Below are positions 28,653-38,801 of a DNA stretch of 41,654 nt, in pieces (positions within the stretch are counted from its first letter, which is position 1; the number at the start of each line of letters is the position of its first letter). This DNA is from Candidatus Caldarchaeales archaeon (GTDB lineage Archaea > Thermoproteota > Nitrososphaeria_A > Caldarchaeales > Wolframiiraptoraceae), in assembly GCA_039630055.1 (NCBI GenBank), contig JBCNVN010000010.1:1-41654 (forward strand), read 5' to 3'. The position numbers and the translations under genes were made by a program. Under the pieces are notes generated by a model. The model saw nothing but the letters and a program-made list of their open reading frames with translations. It ran no database searches and had not been told where the DNA came from.

Positions 28653-29250
28653 AATATTTTCGACTACTCTTTTCTAGGTTCTTGAGCTTGTAGTATTCTA
28701 TGATCGCTTGTGCAACTATCCTATAGACGCTTACCGTATTTAGATCGCTCGTATCTAAAACTAGATGGAAAGGGGTATAGTCTTTACCTATTTCTATTCC
28801 GTAGAGCTTTCTATATATCTCCGCACTCTCTTCATCTCTTCTCTTGAGAAGCTGATAAGCATTTTCCATGTCTACATGGCTCCGTCTAATCAGCCTCTTA
28901 ACTCTAACATCATCAGATGCCTTCAACCATACGTTGAACCCGCCTCTATATAGCCATGGAAGCACCCAGCTATCTATCACTACTCTACCCTTCTCAGCAT
29001 ATTCTAACAGTTTCATGTCTACAAGTTTGTCAAATTCTGGATTTATCTTTCTTTCTTCTAAGAACTTGATTCCCTCATCTGTATCCCACCAACCTCTTCC
29101 AGATGGATTGTATCCTCTATCCCGAGCCAGCATCTTTAATCCATCTCCACCCGATACATACTCAAGATTGAAGGTCTTAGCGATCTTTCTTCCTAACGTA
29201 CTCTTACCAGTTACCGCGAAACCACTAATGCAGACGACTATCTTCTTCAT
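28642..29250 (-). CDS. cmk: Cytidylate kinase (archaeal)
   Basis: ISGFAVTGKST P-loop, YVSGG, FDKLVD, VWLKAS, YRKLYGI and LVLDTS. Confidence 0.88.
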   Translation of the reverse strand: MKKIVVCISGFAVTGKSTLGRKIAKTFNLEYVSGGDGLKMLARDRGYNPSGRGWWDTDEGIKFLEERKINPEFDKLVDMKLLEYAEKGRVVIDSWVLPWLYRGGFNVWLKASDDVRVKRLIRRSHVDMENAYQLLKRRDEESAEIYRKLYGIEIGKDYTPFHLVLDTSDLNTVSVYRIVAQAIIEYYKLKNLEKSSRKYFNA

Positions 29251-29428
29251 ATCCGATCATTTATAGGACGGATTTATTAACATTGAAAAGATCTTAACCT
29301 CTAAACATTTTGGTATCTTCTTCTTATAGAATATGCGTAGTCTAAGGTATATTAATAACCGTGTAGCTCTCCTTACAATAGAAGAACGTTCAGGATAGTA
29401 TTCCATGAAGTCGGTTGGTGGGATACAG

Positions 29429-29731
29429 ATGAAGGAAGAGATTGGTAGAATAGTTGTAAAGACATCGGGTAGGGAGGCTTCTAGAAAATGTGTTATAGTA
29501 TCTATAGTAGATAAAAATTTTGTAGTGGTTACCGGTCCTAAGGTTCTTACAGGGGTGAAGAGGAGGAGGCTAAACATATCTCATCTCGCATTCACACCCT
29601 ATAAAATAAATATTCGAGAAGATGCAGACGATGAAGAAGTACTTAAAGCATTAGAAGATAAAGGATTGATAGAATATATGCGTCAACATGTGAAGATCTC
29701 GCCTAAAGCCTTACCTCTAACTACATCATAA
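29429..29731 (+). CDS. rpl14e: 50S ribosomal protein L14e (start revised from 29405)
   Basis: EIGRIVVKTSGREA..KCVIV..VDKNFVVVTGPK..GVKRRR; GGTGGG precedes the ATG at 29429. Confidence 0.94.
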   Translation: MKEEIGRIVVKTSGREASRKCVIVSIVDKNFVVVTGPKVLTGVKRRRLNISHLAFTPYKINIREDADDEEVLKALEDKGLIEYMRQHVKISPKALPLTTS

Positions 29732-29807
29732 AACATTATCAGTAATCTCAACCGTGACTATAAGCATTAATATTATTCTAAAGTAGGTCTTATAGAGTAG
29801 AGTCAAA

Positions 29808-30815
29808 GTGGGAGAGAGAGTTAAGCCTCCATGGAAGATTGAGGCAAAGATACTTACAAGGATAGAGGCGGAAAGCGATCCATCATTTGGTGAAGATCCA
29901 TACAATAGACCTATAGATAAACATCTAAGATTAGGTGTAGTAAATATTGATAAACCACGTGGACCTACAAGTCATGATGTAGCAGCAAAGGTTAAGTCTC
30001 TTTTAAGTTCGGAGAGGGTTGGACTGGGTGGAACACTCGACCCAGCTGTCTCAGGAGTTTTACCAGTCCTCTTAGATGATGCTACGAAATGTTCTGGAGC
30101 GGTAATGGCCGGTGGAAAAGAGTATTTATGCGTGATGAAGCTTCACGGCGATGTCTCCGATAGTGATATCGATCGAGCGATAGAATTGTTTACCGGGGAT
30201 ATCTACCAGGTTCCTCCTGTAAGATCAAGTGTTTCAAGAACGATTAGGGTTAGAACCATCTACGAGATAGATCTACTGGAGAAGGATGGGAGATACTTAC
30301 TGCTTAGGATCGCATGCTCAGGTGGAACATATATTAGAAAGCTCTGCTATGATATCGGACTATATCTAGGGGTAGGTGCCCATATGCAAGAACTTAGAAG
30401 AATTAGAGCCGGCCCTTTCACCGAGTATTCAACAGTAACTTTAATAGATGTATATGAGGCTGTAAAGAATTGGAAAGATGCTGGAGATGAAAGATTACTG
30501 AGAAAGGTTGTTATACCGGTTGAAGAAGCTGTAAAACATCTTCCAAAGATCTATCTTCTCGATTCTGCGATAGGAGCAATATGTAGTGGTGCTAGCCTCG
30601 CCGTATCCGGAATATCCAAACTTGAAGATACTGTAAAGAAAGGTAGGATGGTTGCAATGATGTCTCTAAAAGGTGAGATCGTAGCATTAGGGATAAGTAG
30701 GATGGATTCAGAAGAGATTGTCGAGGTAGAGAGTGGGATTGCAGTAGAAACTAAAAGAGTATTAATGAATAGAGATCTCTATCCAAGGATATGGAGACAT
30801 AAAAGACATAGATGA
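29808..30815 (+). CDS. cbf5: H/ACA RNA-guided pseudouridine synthase Cbf5
   Basis: DKPRGPTSH, GGTLDP catalytic Asp, KEY, PPVRSSV, GTYIRKLC, ELRR and C-terminal PUA domain. Confidence 0.95.
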   Translation: MGERVKPPWKIEAKILTRIEAESDPSFGEDPYNRPIDKHLRLGVVNIDKPRGPTSHDVAAKVKSLLSSERVGLGGTLDPAVSGVLPVLLDDATKCSGAVMAGGKEYLCVMKLHGDVSDSDIDRAIELFTGDIYQVPPVRSSVSRTIRVRTIYEIDLLEKDGRYLLLRIACSGGTYIRKLCYDIGLYLGVGAHMQELRRIRAGPFTEYSTVTLIDVYEAVKNWKDAGDERLLRKVVIPVEEAVKHLPKIYLLDSAIGAICSGASLAVSGISKLEDTVKKGRMVAMMSLKGEIVALGISRMDSEEIVEVESGIAVETKRVLMNRDLYPRIWRHKRHR

Positions 30816-31083
30816 AAAGGTAGAAATATATCTAAATATTCTTAAATTCATAATTTTCATTCTAGACCTTCCATTACTTATCCACCATCTATACCGCTCT
30901 AAAAGATGGTCGCCGCCAGGTCTGGACCATGAGACATCGTTTAAATCCATCGACACTTTAACAGACTCAATCAAGTCTCATAAACACGGTGTCATCAACA
31001 TTCCCTGAGACTCTTTAATATTTTTCATTTCCAAAACACACTAATTGTAAAATTATGGTCTACTTTAAAGCTTACAAGCTGGT

Positions 31084-32316
31084 TTAAGACAATAATGACA
31101 ATAATGTTAGTACGACTGCATCTTTTCTTATATTTTCTATCTTGCAGTATTCGTTAGGTTTATGGGCCATCATATCTATAGTCGACCACACAACTGCAGG
31201 GATCTCCTTTGCTCTAAGAAATGCAGCACATGTTCCCCCTCCTATACCGATTACCCTAGCCTCTACATTCCTTACCAATTTTATTGCATCTGCCAACTTC
31301 TTAACTATTGGAGCATCTGGAGATGTACTGGGAGGCGACTCCCATCTTAGATCTTCTACAACATCTATCTTCACATTGTACATTAACTCAAAGCTTCTGC
31401 ATACTGTATTAACAGTCTCTAATACCTGTTTGAGGCTGTACTTTGGAAGAACTCTACAATCAAAATAGAATATATCTCTTCCCGGCACAGTATTCACGTT
31501 ATCCACGTTATGCTCTTTCTTTGTAGGTTCGAATGTAGATGTCGGTGGAGTGAACATATTATCCACTTCACAGAATCTTTCATGAAGTAACTGGTCTAGT
31601 ATTGTTATTAACCTCGCTCCGACCCTATGTGCATTTATCCCCTCATTTGGGAATGCTGCGTGAGCCTGCACTCCATTTACCGTGAATTTGAGCCACAGGA
31701 GATGCTTCTCAGCTATCTCTATCTTAGATCCATCTGGAGCACCATAATCCAGTACTATGGCCTCATCATTCTTTTTAAATACCCCCTTCTCCACAAGGTA
31801 CTGTAATCCATACTGGCTACCAGCCTCCTCATCTGAGGCGAAAACCAGCCCTAAATTATTTCTAGGCGTTAATTTAAGTTCTCTAATAATCTTTAACGTG
31901 AGAAGTATTGATGCTATCGCTTGTCCATTGTCCTCCGACCCTCTCGCATATATCTTCCCATTCTTTAACACGGGTTTGAATGGATCTGTTTCCCATAGAT
32001 TGATGTCGCCTTCGGGGACTGTGTCGATGTGTGCCACAAGCCATAATGTCTTACCCTTATCTTCACCGTGAATCAGTCCTACAATGTTCGGTCTAACACC
32101 ACCCTTAACCCTATCATCATGAGCATCGATTCTTATCAAGCTATCTAGACGATAATCTCGTAGAATTTTTTCAAGTTTTTCCGCTCTCTCTTCTTCTCCA
32201 TCTCCTCCTGCCGATGGGTTCACCGCCGGGATCTCAAGCAGCTCCATGAAAGATTTAACGACATCATCTAGAAGATGGGTAGATGCTTCCTCCAACTTTC
32301 TTATGATCTCATTCAT
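31084..32316 (-). CDS. M20 family metallohydrolase (DapE/ArgE-like)
   Basis: AHIDTVP, RGSEDN, SDEEAGS, AHAAFP, NTVPG, GGGT and AHKPNE. Confidence 0.9.
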   Translation of the reverse strand: MNEIIRKLEEASTHLLDDVVKSFMELLEIPAVNPSAGGDGEEERAEKLEKILRDYRLDSLIRIDAHDDRVKGGVRPNIVGLIHGEDKGKTLWLVAHIDTVPEGDINLWETDPFKPVLKNGKIYARGSEDNGQAIASILLTLKIIRELKLTPRNNLGLVFASDEEAGSQYGLQYLVEKGVFKKNDEAIVLDYGAPDGSKIEIAEKHLLWLKFTVNGVQAHAAFPNEGINAHRVGARLITILDQLLHERFCEVDNMFTPPTSTFEPTKKEHNVDNVNTVPGRDIFYFDCRVLPKYSLKQVLETVNTVCRSFELMYNVKIDVVEDLRWESPPSTSPDAPIVKKLADAIKLVRNVEARVIGIGGGTCAAFLRAKEIPAVVWSTIDMMAHKPNEYCKIENIRKDAVVLTLLSLLS

Positions 32317-32386
32317 GTAGAAACTTTTCTTGGAAGAGAATTAAAACTTTTAAGATGATTATTTTTTACAAGTCTTTTCGATAAGT

Positions 32387-33362
32387 CTATTTATCAGAGT
32401 AAAGCCAACAGTATACTTTATGTGTTGGACTAACACTGATCTCTAATGGTTCCCGCTTTCTACAAATATCCATAGCATAAGGACATCTAGTATGGAATCT
32501 ACATCCAGATGGAGGATTTACAGGGCTTGGAGGCTCACCTCTTAAGACGATTTTTTCCCGAATCCCTCGATAATAAGGATCTGGAATAGATGAGAAGAGG
32601 ATCTGGGTGTATGGGTGGAGCGGTTTCTCAAATATCTCCTCTGTTAATCCCATCTCCATAATTTTCCCCAGATATATTACGATAACCCTATCGCTAATGT
32701 ATCTTACTATTGAGAGGTCGTGGGTAATTAGTAGGTATGAGAGGTTTAGCTCTTTTTTGAGATCGGCCAATAGGTTTAGTATCTGGGCTTGAACACTGAC
32801 GTCGAGAGCGCTCGTTGGTTCATCCAATATTATCAATCTAGGTTTTAGAGATATGGCTCTAGCGATCGCAACCCTCTGAGCTTGACCTCCACTCATCTCA
32901 TGAGGATACTTGTCGAGGAAAAGACCGGTCTAGACCAACCATCTCTAGTAGTCCCGATACATACTCGAGAAGTTCCTTCTTAGATAGATTCATATTGTTC
33001 TTTACCGGTTCAGAGAGTATCTCGAACGCATTCATACGTGGATCTAGTGAGAGGAAAGGGTTCTGAAATACAGCCTGAACACTTCTCCTATAATTTCTCA
33101 GTCTTATTCCACGTAACTGTGCCACATCTTCATTATTGTAGAGCAATCGTCCTTCTGTGGGCTTCTCTAATAGTAGCAGACACTTAGCTAACGTTGTTTT
33201 ACCTGAACCTGATTCTCCCACTAGACTCACGACCTCTCCTGAATCTATATTGAATGATATGCCATCAACAGCCTTAACATATCCTACTACTCTACCGAAC
33301 AATCCTATTTTAATTGGAAAATATTTTTTCAAACCCTCTATTCTTATTAATGGTGGATTCAT
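32387..33362 (-). pseudogene. Oligopeptide ABC ATPase (OppF/DppF-like) split by a 1-nt insertion near 32917-32922
   Basis: Walker A GESGSGKT lies in ORF 32898-33362; [12 protein letters not shown] and the Cys-rich tail lie in ORF 32387-32896. Removing one base from TCTTTTCCTC restores [18 protein letters not shown]. Confidence 0.85.
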
Positions 33363-34339
33363 CTCTCCTCTACTCTATATAGATGGCATGCTACTCTATG
33401 ATCTTTTAAGAATTCTATTAGTCTCGGCTTGACCCCGCGACATATATCCATAACCTCTGGACATCTGTCTGCAAATATACATCCTGTTGCGGGGTTTCTT
33501 AGATCCGGCATCATTCCCGGGATGCTTCTTAGCTTATGATATTTTATATGTGTCTTAGGAATACAGTCTATTAATCCTCTCGTATATGGGTGTAACGGGT
33601 TTTCAAGCAGTTCCCCGGATCTTGCTTCTTCCACTATCTCTCCACCATACATTACGATTATCCTATCTCCTATCTCTACCGCGACCCCAAGATTATGGGT
33701 TATGAATATGATCGATAATCCAAACTTCTTCTTGAGATTGATTAAGAGTTCTAGTATCTGGGCTTGAAGGGTTACGTCTAGCATCGTCGTAGGCTCATCT
33801 GCGATAAGCAGCTTTGGGCCTATAGATAAGGCTGTAGCGATAACCACCCTCTGAAGCATCCCTCCACTCAACTCGTGGGGATAAGAGTTAAAGACCCTCT
33901 CAGGATCTGGTAGCTCAACAACTCTGAGAGATTCTAATACTCTTTCTCTCAGTTCAACTGGATTAGTAATCTTTAGATGATATTTTATAACATCTGAGAT
34001 TATCTCGCCTACTCTAAACAATGGGTTTAATGTGGCCGCAGGGTCTTGGAATATCATCATTATCCTATCTTCTATCGTAGATGTCTCTTTCCTTCTCTGT
34101 TCTAAAATGTCTCTCTCCTTGAAGATTATTCTGCCTCTACGGATCACCGCGTTTTCTGGTAATGCTCCAGCTATCGCCAATCCTACAGTGGTCTTACCTG
34201 ACCCTGATTCTCCCACTAAGCATAATACTTCACCTTCATTAACCATGAAAGATACATCTCTTACAGCTTTTACCACACCATCTAGAACGAGATAATCGAT
34301 AGTTAGATCTTCTACTTTTAATATTGGTTGTTTTATCAT
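33359..34339 (-). CDS. Oligopeptide ABC ATPase (OppD/DppD-like); start revised to ATG at 34339
   Basis: GESGSGKT, YPHELSGG, ADEPTT, HPYT and GC.F..RC tail; ATGA overlap with the upstream permease stop. Confidence 0.92.
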   Translation of the reverse strand: MIKQPILKVEDLTIDYLVLDGVVKAVRDVSFMVNEGEVLCLVGESGSGKTTVGLAIAGALPENAVIRRGRIIFKERDILEQRRKETSTIEDRIMMIFQDPAATLNPLFRVGEIISDVIKYHLKITNPVELRERVLESLRVVELPDPERVFNSYPHELSGGMLQRVVIATALSIGPKLLIADEPTTMLDVTLQAQILELLINLKKKFGLSIIFITHNLGVAVEIGDRIIVMYGGEIVEEARSGELLENPLHPYTRGLIDCIPKTHIKYHKLRSIPGMMPDLRNPATGCIFADRCPEVMDICRGVKPRLIEFLKDHRVACHLYRVEER

Positions 34340-35226
34340 TGTTTCACCCCTAATCTCATAAGTATTGTTCTTCGAAGTTTTGGATCTGCAGATTCTCTTA
34401 ATGCATCTGCAAGCAGATTGAATCCAACGACGGTTATCAGTATGGCTAGCCCTGGGAAGAAAGCGATCCACCAAGCATAGTTGATAGATCGCCACCCTTC
34501 ACTTACGAGTAAACCCCACTCTGGGGTGGGAGGCTTAACTCCAACACCGATAAAGCTAAGTCCCGCTGCTTCAAGTATGGCTGAACCCATATCTAATGCG
34601 GATTGGACAAATGTAGGTGTTAGAGCATTTGGAATTACATGCCTACTCATGATCTTGATATTTGACAGTCCAGCAATCTTCGCAGCATCGATGTAAGGCA
34701 TATTCTTTACAGTGTTCGTCTGTACATATACTAGTCTAGCATACCATGGCCACCAAGAGATCGCTAGAGCGATAACCAGGTTTAGGAGACCTCTACCGAG
34801 TGTTGCGGCTAAAACTATTGCTAGTAGGAGGGGTGGGAAGGCTAGAAACATATCTGTAACCCTCATCAAGATTGTTCCAACCCTGCCTCCATAGTATCCT
34901 GCAACCACCCCTACCGGAATACCTATTAGTAATGCTAAGCCGATAACTCCCACCGCTATAATCAATGAGAAGCTCGACCCTAGGAGGACTCTGCTAAACA
35001 TATCTCTACCTAATGCGTCGGTGCCAAATGGGTGCTCTATACTTGGAGGCAGAAACCTCTTCTCAACATTATATGTTAATCCCCAAGCATCTTCAGGATA
35101 GGGGACTATGAGGGGTGCAGATATACCTATCACTATGAAGCCTATGACTATTATCAGGCTTACAAGTGATATAGGCCTCCTAGTTATAAAGTTTAAGATT
35201 ATTTTTTGATGCTTGAATCTATCCAT
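34336..35226 (-). CDS. Oligopeptide ABC permease (OppC/DppC-like)
   Basis: HPFGTDALGRD, DMFLAFP, YIDAA and PPTPEWG. Confidence 0.93.
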   Translation of the reverse strand: MDRFKHQKIILNFITRRPISLVSLIIVIGFIVIGISAPLIVPYPEDAWGLTYNVEKRFLPPSIEHPFGTDALGRDMFSRVLLGSSFSLIIAVGVIGLALLIGIPVGVVAGYYGGRVGTILMRVTDMFLAFPPLLLAIVLAATLGRGLLNLVIALAISWWPWYARLVYVQTNTVKNMPYIDAAKIAGLSNIKIMSRHVIPNALTPTFVQSALDMGSAILEAAGLSFIGVGVKPPTPEWGLLVSEGWRSINYAWWIAFFPGLAILITVVGFNLLADALRESADPKLRRTILMRLGVKQ

Positions 35227-35230
35227 ATCT

Positions 35231-36253
35231 TTACAACCTCACTCTTGGATCTATAGTCGAATGGATCAAATCTACTATCGTATTGATTATACAGTAGAAT
35301 ATTGCAACGGTTACTACACATCCTATTACTGCTGGATAGTCGAAGCTGAGGAGAGACATGGCGGCGTAGAACCCTATCCCAGGCCAGACGAATACTAGCT
35401 CAACCATGAAGGCACCTATTATCGTATAGCCAAAGGATAATCCTAGAGATGCTATAACCGGTACGATCGTGTTTTTAAGAGAATATTTGAATAATATGAT
35501 TCTTTCAGGTAGACCCCAGGCGGTTAAGCTTCTAATATAATGTTCAGAGAGAACCTCTATCATTACAGCTCTAGTCATTCTAGCACTTAAGCAGAGTGGG
35601 TATGCTGCAAGTACTAGAGATGGTAGGACAAGACGCTTCAAAGCATCAGTAAAGACAGCAGAATTACCTTGGATTAGACTATCGATTAAGTAGAAGCCTG
35701 TTATCGGTTTAAACCCTGTAACTATCACGGTCCACTCATCTATTCTCTTGGCGGAGGGAAGTATTCCAAGCCAATTACCGAAGAAGAGCTGGACTATCAA
35801 GGCTAGCCAGAAGACAGGTATAGAAGCGCCTACAACGGTTAAGATCCTTATCAGATCATCTATCCAACTATACTTCTTTAAGGCTGCAAACACTCCTATA
35901 GGAACACCTATGATAAATGCTATTAAAAATGCTGTTACCACTAATTCTAGTGTAGCTGTCAATGTTGAGAGAACATCTGTGAGGACGGGGGATTTGGTCC
36001 TCCATGAAACACCCCAATTACCCATTATAAAATCTTGGAGATACAGTATAAGCTGTAGATATAATGGTTCATCTAGGTGAAGCTGTTTCCTTGCTCTCTC
36101 TATCTGTTCTATGGTGGCATGTGGACCTGCCCAGAGGAGTTCAGGTCTAGCCGGGATCAACCTAGTGATTACGAAGGTTATGAAGAGTACTCCAAGTATT
36201 ACGAAAACTAGGAGAATAAGCCTCTTAACAATGTATTCTTTACTTATCGGCAT
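35231..36253 (-). CDS. Oligopeptide ABC permease (OppB/DppB-like)
   Basis: LDEPLYLQ, ATLEL, SIPVFW, VFVWPGIG and DPRVR. Confidence 0.93.
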   Translation of the reverse strand: MPISKEYIVKRLILLVFVILGVLFITFVITRLIPARPELLWAGPHATIEQIERARKQLHLDEPLYLQLILYLQDFIMGNWGVSWRTKSPVLTDVLSTLTATLELVVTAFLIAFIIGVPIGVFAALKKYSWIDDLIRILTVVGASIPVFWLALIVQLFFGNWLGILPSAKRIDEWTVIVTGFKPITGFYLIDSLIQGNSAVFTDALKRLVLPSLVLAAYPLCLSARMTRAVMIEVLSEHYIRSLTAWGLPERIILFKYSLKNTIVPVIASLGLSFGYTIIGAFMVELVFVWPGIGFYAAMSLLSFDYPAVIGCVVTVAIFYCIINTIVDLIHSTIDPRVRL

Positions 36254-36308
36254 CTATCCCGTCTCCAAAAAATTTAGATAGAGTATTTTAGAAGATTTTC
36301 TAACGACA

Positions 36309-37997
36309 TCACTTCTCGATACTTAATACCTGTGCGAATATCACAGTTGGATATGCAGGGTTTACCGCCTTTTCCAGGTTTCCTATATATGCTCTACCGA
36401 CTCTCACATCGATCATATCCCAGAGAGGGACTGCCGGCACATCTTCATACAGTATCTTCTGTGCTTGATAATATAATTCTAATGCTCTCTTCTTATCCAA
36501 ACCTTCAATTGATGATGCTTCTTCTATCAATCTCTCAAATTCTGGATTTTCATAATAACATAGATTGAATGATTTAGAATCGCTGTGGAACATGTTGTAT
36601 AGAAAGTCGAATGGTGTAATATATGTGGGCCACCAGTAGAATATGAAGAGGTCTTGAGCTCCTTCCGGATTCTCCCAACCAGATTGTGCTAGAGCCCACT
36701 GCTCCTCCCAGCTCATAGGTCTAATGTCTACTTTTATGCCAATCTTACTTAAACTAGCAGCTATCAACTCGGATGTTCTCTGCTCATAAACGTCACCTGC
36801 AGTATATACTAGGACGAGCGTCTTATCCAATCCGTTCGGATAACCTGCTTCTGCTAAGAGTCTTCTCGCTTCTTCAATATCATACTTATACTTGAAGTCA
36901 TCAAAGTGTCCAGGCATACCCGTGGGTACTGGCCCACTCGCAACATTTGCCAGATTCGCTCTAGCGATTTTAACTATATCATCATAGGGGATTGCGTGAG
37001 CGATTGCCCGTCTAACAAGAACATTGTCTAGTGGAGGCTTCTTCGTATTTATAAGCATCAACAAGTTCTGGAAGCTCGGCTTGATAACTACCTTTAAGTT
37101 GGGGTCAGCTTTCAAACGATCAACATCTTCAAGTGGAACATACAATGCGATATCTATCTCTCCTGCAACTACCAATCTCTCCTGTGTTACAGCATCCTTA
37201 ACTATCTTGATTACAAATACGTCTGGTGCTTTCTGCGAAGCCATCTCATATGATTGGATCTTCCACCCCCACCAATCTTCAAACTTCTCTAAGATTACCT
37301 CATTCTCTGGATCCCATTTAACGAGCCTATAGGGGCCACTGCCAGCATCGTTACCTTGGTTAAACCATTCTGGAGTGTTAGGTGTTTTAGGGCTGAAGAT
37401 CCATGCACCATAAGAAGAGGCTGCAATACTGTCTAGAGGTGCGGGATACTTTAAGATGAAAGTTACGGTATAGTCATCTATAACTTCTATCTTTTCAACT
37501 GGATCCCATATGAATGCAGCTCCTTGACCGAGCTCCATCGTCCTTCCTATAGATTTCTTAACAGATTCAGCTGTGAAAGGTGTCCCATCATGGAATACTA
37601 CTCCTCTCCTAAGATAGAATGTCCATATAGTCCCATCTTGAGAGCTTTCCCATCTCTCAGCCAAAGCTGGAATAAATCTATTCTCCAATGGATTATACCA
37701 TAAAAGCGGTTCATAGACTAGGCATAACCATAGTATCGAGTTTGAGAACTCTGTGCTAGGATCAGCTGTCGTCATCTCCGATAATGATGCATATACCACT
37801 ACCTTCTTGGTGACGGCTGGTGTAGGAGGCGTAGTTGTAACGGTAGGTGTTGTCTGAACAGTCGTGGGCATAGTGGGACCCATAGGCATCAATATGAAGG
37901 ATACCCCGATCGCGGTCAGGATAACAACTACTATGATGATTGTGGCCACTACAACTTTCGATAAAGCCTTACCATGCATTTTTATCACCATTTTCAA
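36309..37997 (-). CDS. Family 5 (peptide/nickel) ABC substrate-binding protein, membrane-anchored with Thr/Pro linker
   Basis: N-terminal TM followed by PTMPTTVQTTPTVTTTPPTP; YEPL, PALAERW, FHDGTPFTA, GSGPY and VRRAIAHAI. Confidence 0.92.
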   Translation of the reverse strand: MKMVIKMHGKALSKVVVATIIIVVVILTAIGVSFILMPMGPTMPTTVQTTPTVTTTPPTPAVTKKVVVYASLSEMTTADPSTEFSNSILWLCLVYEPLLWYNPLENRFIPALAERWESSQDGTIWTFYLRRGVVFHDGTPFTAESVKKSIGRTMELGQGAAFIWDPVEKIEVIDDYTVTFILKYPAPLDSIAASSYGAWIFSPKTPNTPEWFNQGNDAGSGPYRLVKWDPENEVILEKFEDWWGWKIQSYEMASQKAPDVFVIKIVKDAVTQERLVVAGEIDIALYVPLEDVDRLKADPNLKVVIKPSFQNLLMLINTKKPPLDNVLVRRAIAHAIPYDDIVKIARANLANVASGPVPTGMPGHFDDFKYKYDIEEARRLLAEAGYPNGLDKTLVLVYTAGDVYEQRTSELIAASLSKIGIKVDIRPMSWEEQWALAQSGWENPEGAQDLFIFYWWPTYITPFDFLYNMFHSDSKSFNLCYYENPEFERLIEEASSIEGLDKKRALELYYQAQKILYEDVPAVPLWDMIDVRVGRAYIGNLEKAVNPAYPTVIFAQVLSIEK

Positions 37998-38014
37998 GAG
38001 TAGGGTAGTTGGAG

Positions 38015-38032
38015 AGTTTTATAAAGCTTTGG
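38015..38032 (-). promoter_or_regulatory. BRE/TATA promoter for the ABC operon
   Basis: Minus strand CCAAAGCTTTATAAAACT, about 20-30 nt upstream of the candidate starts of the binding-protein gene. Confidence 0.6.
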
Positions 38033-38040
38033 TCACTACT

Positions 38041-38736
38041 TCAGTAAATACTGTAGAGATATTTCTTGCTATGTTTAAGATTTATAGAGGCTAAAGCTTC
38101 AGCAATCTTAAACGTAGTGATCGTTGGATCGATTACAGGAACATTTAATCTTTCCGATAACCATTCACCTAAACCTATCAAACCACCACATCCTAAAACT
38201 ATCACTTCAGCATTGAAAACCTCTACGGCTTTCCTAGCCTCTTCTAAAAGCATACTTCTAGTCTGATCCTCATCCCTCCTTAAGTCGAGAACTCTAAGGG
38301 GTATACCCGAAGAATAGGCTAGCCTATTCCTCACACCCATCTTCTGAGCTTTAAGATCATAGGATGCTTTAGATCTCTCTCCAGTAGATATTATAGCAAA
38401 CTTGTAGCCGAGGTGGAGAGAAGTGATTATCGATGTCTCACCTATACCTAAAACAAGTATCGAGGCTTTCTCTCTAGATGCATCCAGACCTGGATCATCG
38501 AAACAGTTGATTACCACTGCGTCGAAACCTTTCTTCTCAGCTTCATCTACCATCTCAACTACATTTGGAGCAGCAGAGACTACGTCTAGTTCAGATTCGA
38601 TAGATCTGGGGCCACGTTCTAAATTTACAACACTAAACTCTGTACTGCTAAATGCTATCTTACTTAGTGCTTTCAGAGTTATCTCATTCCAGACATCCGT
38701 CGATACAGGATTCAAGACCAATATTCGCACCAACAC
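38041..38736 (-). CDS. Asp/Glu/hydantoin racemase family protein (hydantoin/allantoin racemase-like)
   Basis: ILVLNP, GPRSIE, INCFDDPG, VLGCGG and VPVIDP: two catalytic Cys. Confidence 0.88.
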   Translation of the reverse strand: MLVRILVLNPVSTDVWNEITLKALSKIAFSSTEFSVVNLERGPRSIESELDVVSAAPNVVEMVDEAEKKGFDAVVINCFDDPGLDASREKASILVLGIGETSIITSLHLGYKFAIISTGERSKASYDLKAQKMGVRNRLAYSSGIPLRVLDLRRDEDQTRSMLLEEARKAVEVFNAEVIVLGCGGLIGLGEWLSERLNVPVIDPTITTFKIAEALASINLKHSKKYLYSIY

Positions 38737-38801
38737 GAGACCAATATAGTGTAAACAAGCTTTTATTTAAGAAAACTAATCATCTATATGATGGGTAGAT
38801 T

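Noticed and set aside
30013-30060. Crenarchaeal-type intron in cbf5 near the catalytic Asp
   Set aside because: The reading frame is continuous through GGTLDPAVSGVLP with no insertion.
30950-30998. Possible C/D box sRNA on the minus strand (UUGAUGA...AUGA...UUGAUUGA...UCGA)
   Set aside because: D and D' boxes are non-canonical (no CUGA), there is no terminal stem and no recognisable rRNA complement.
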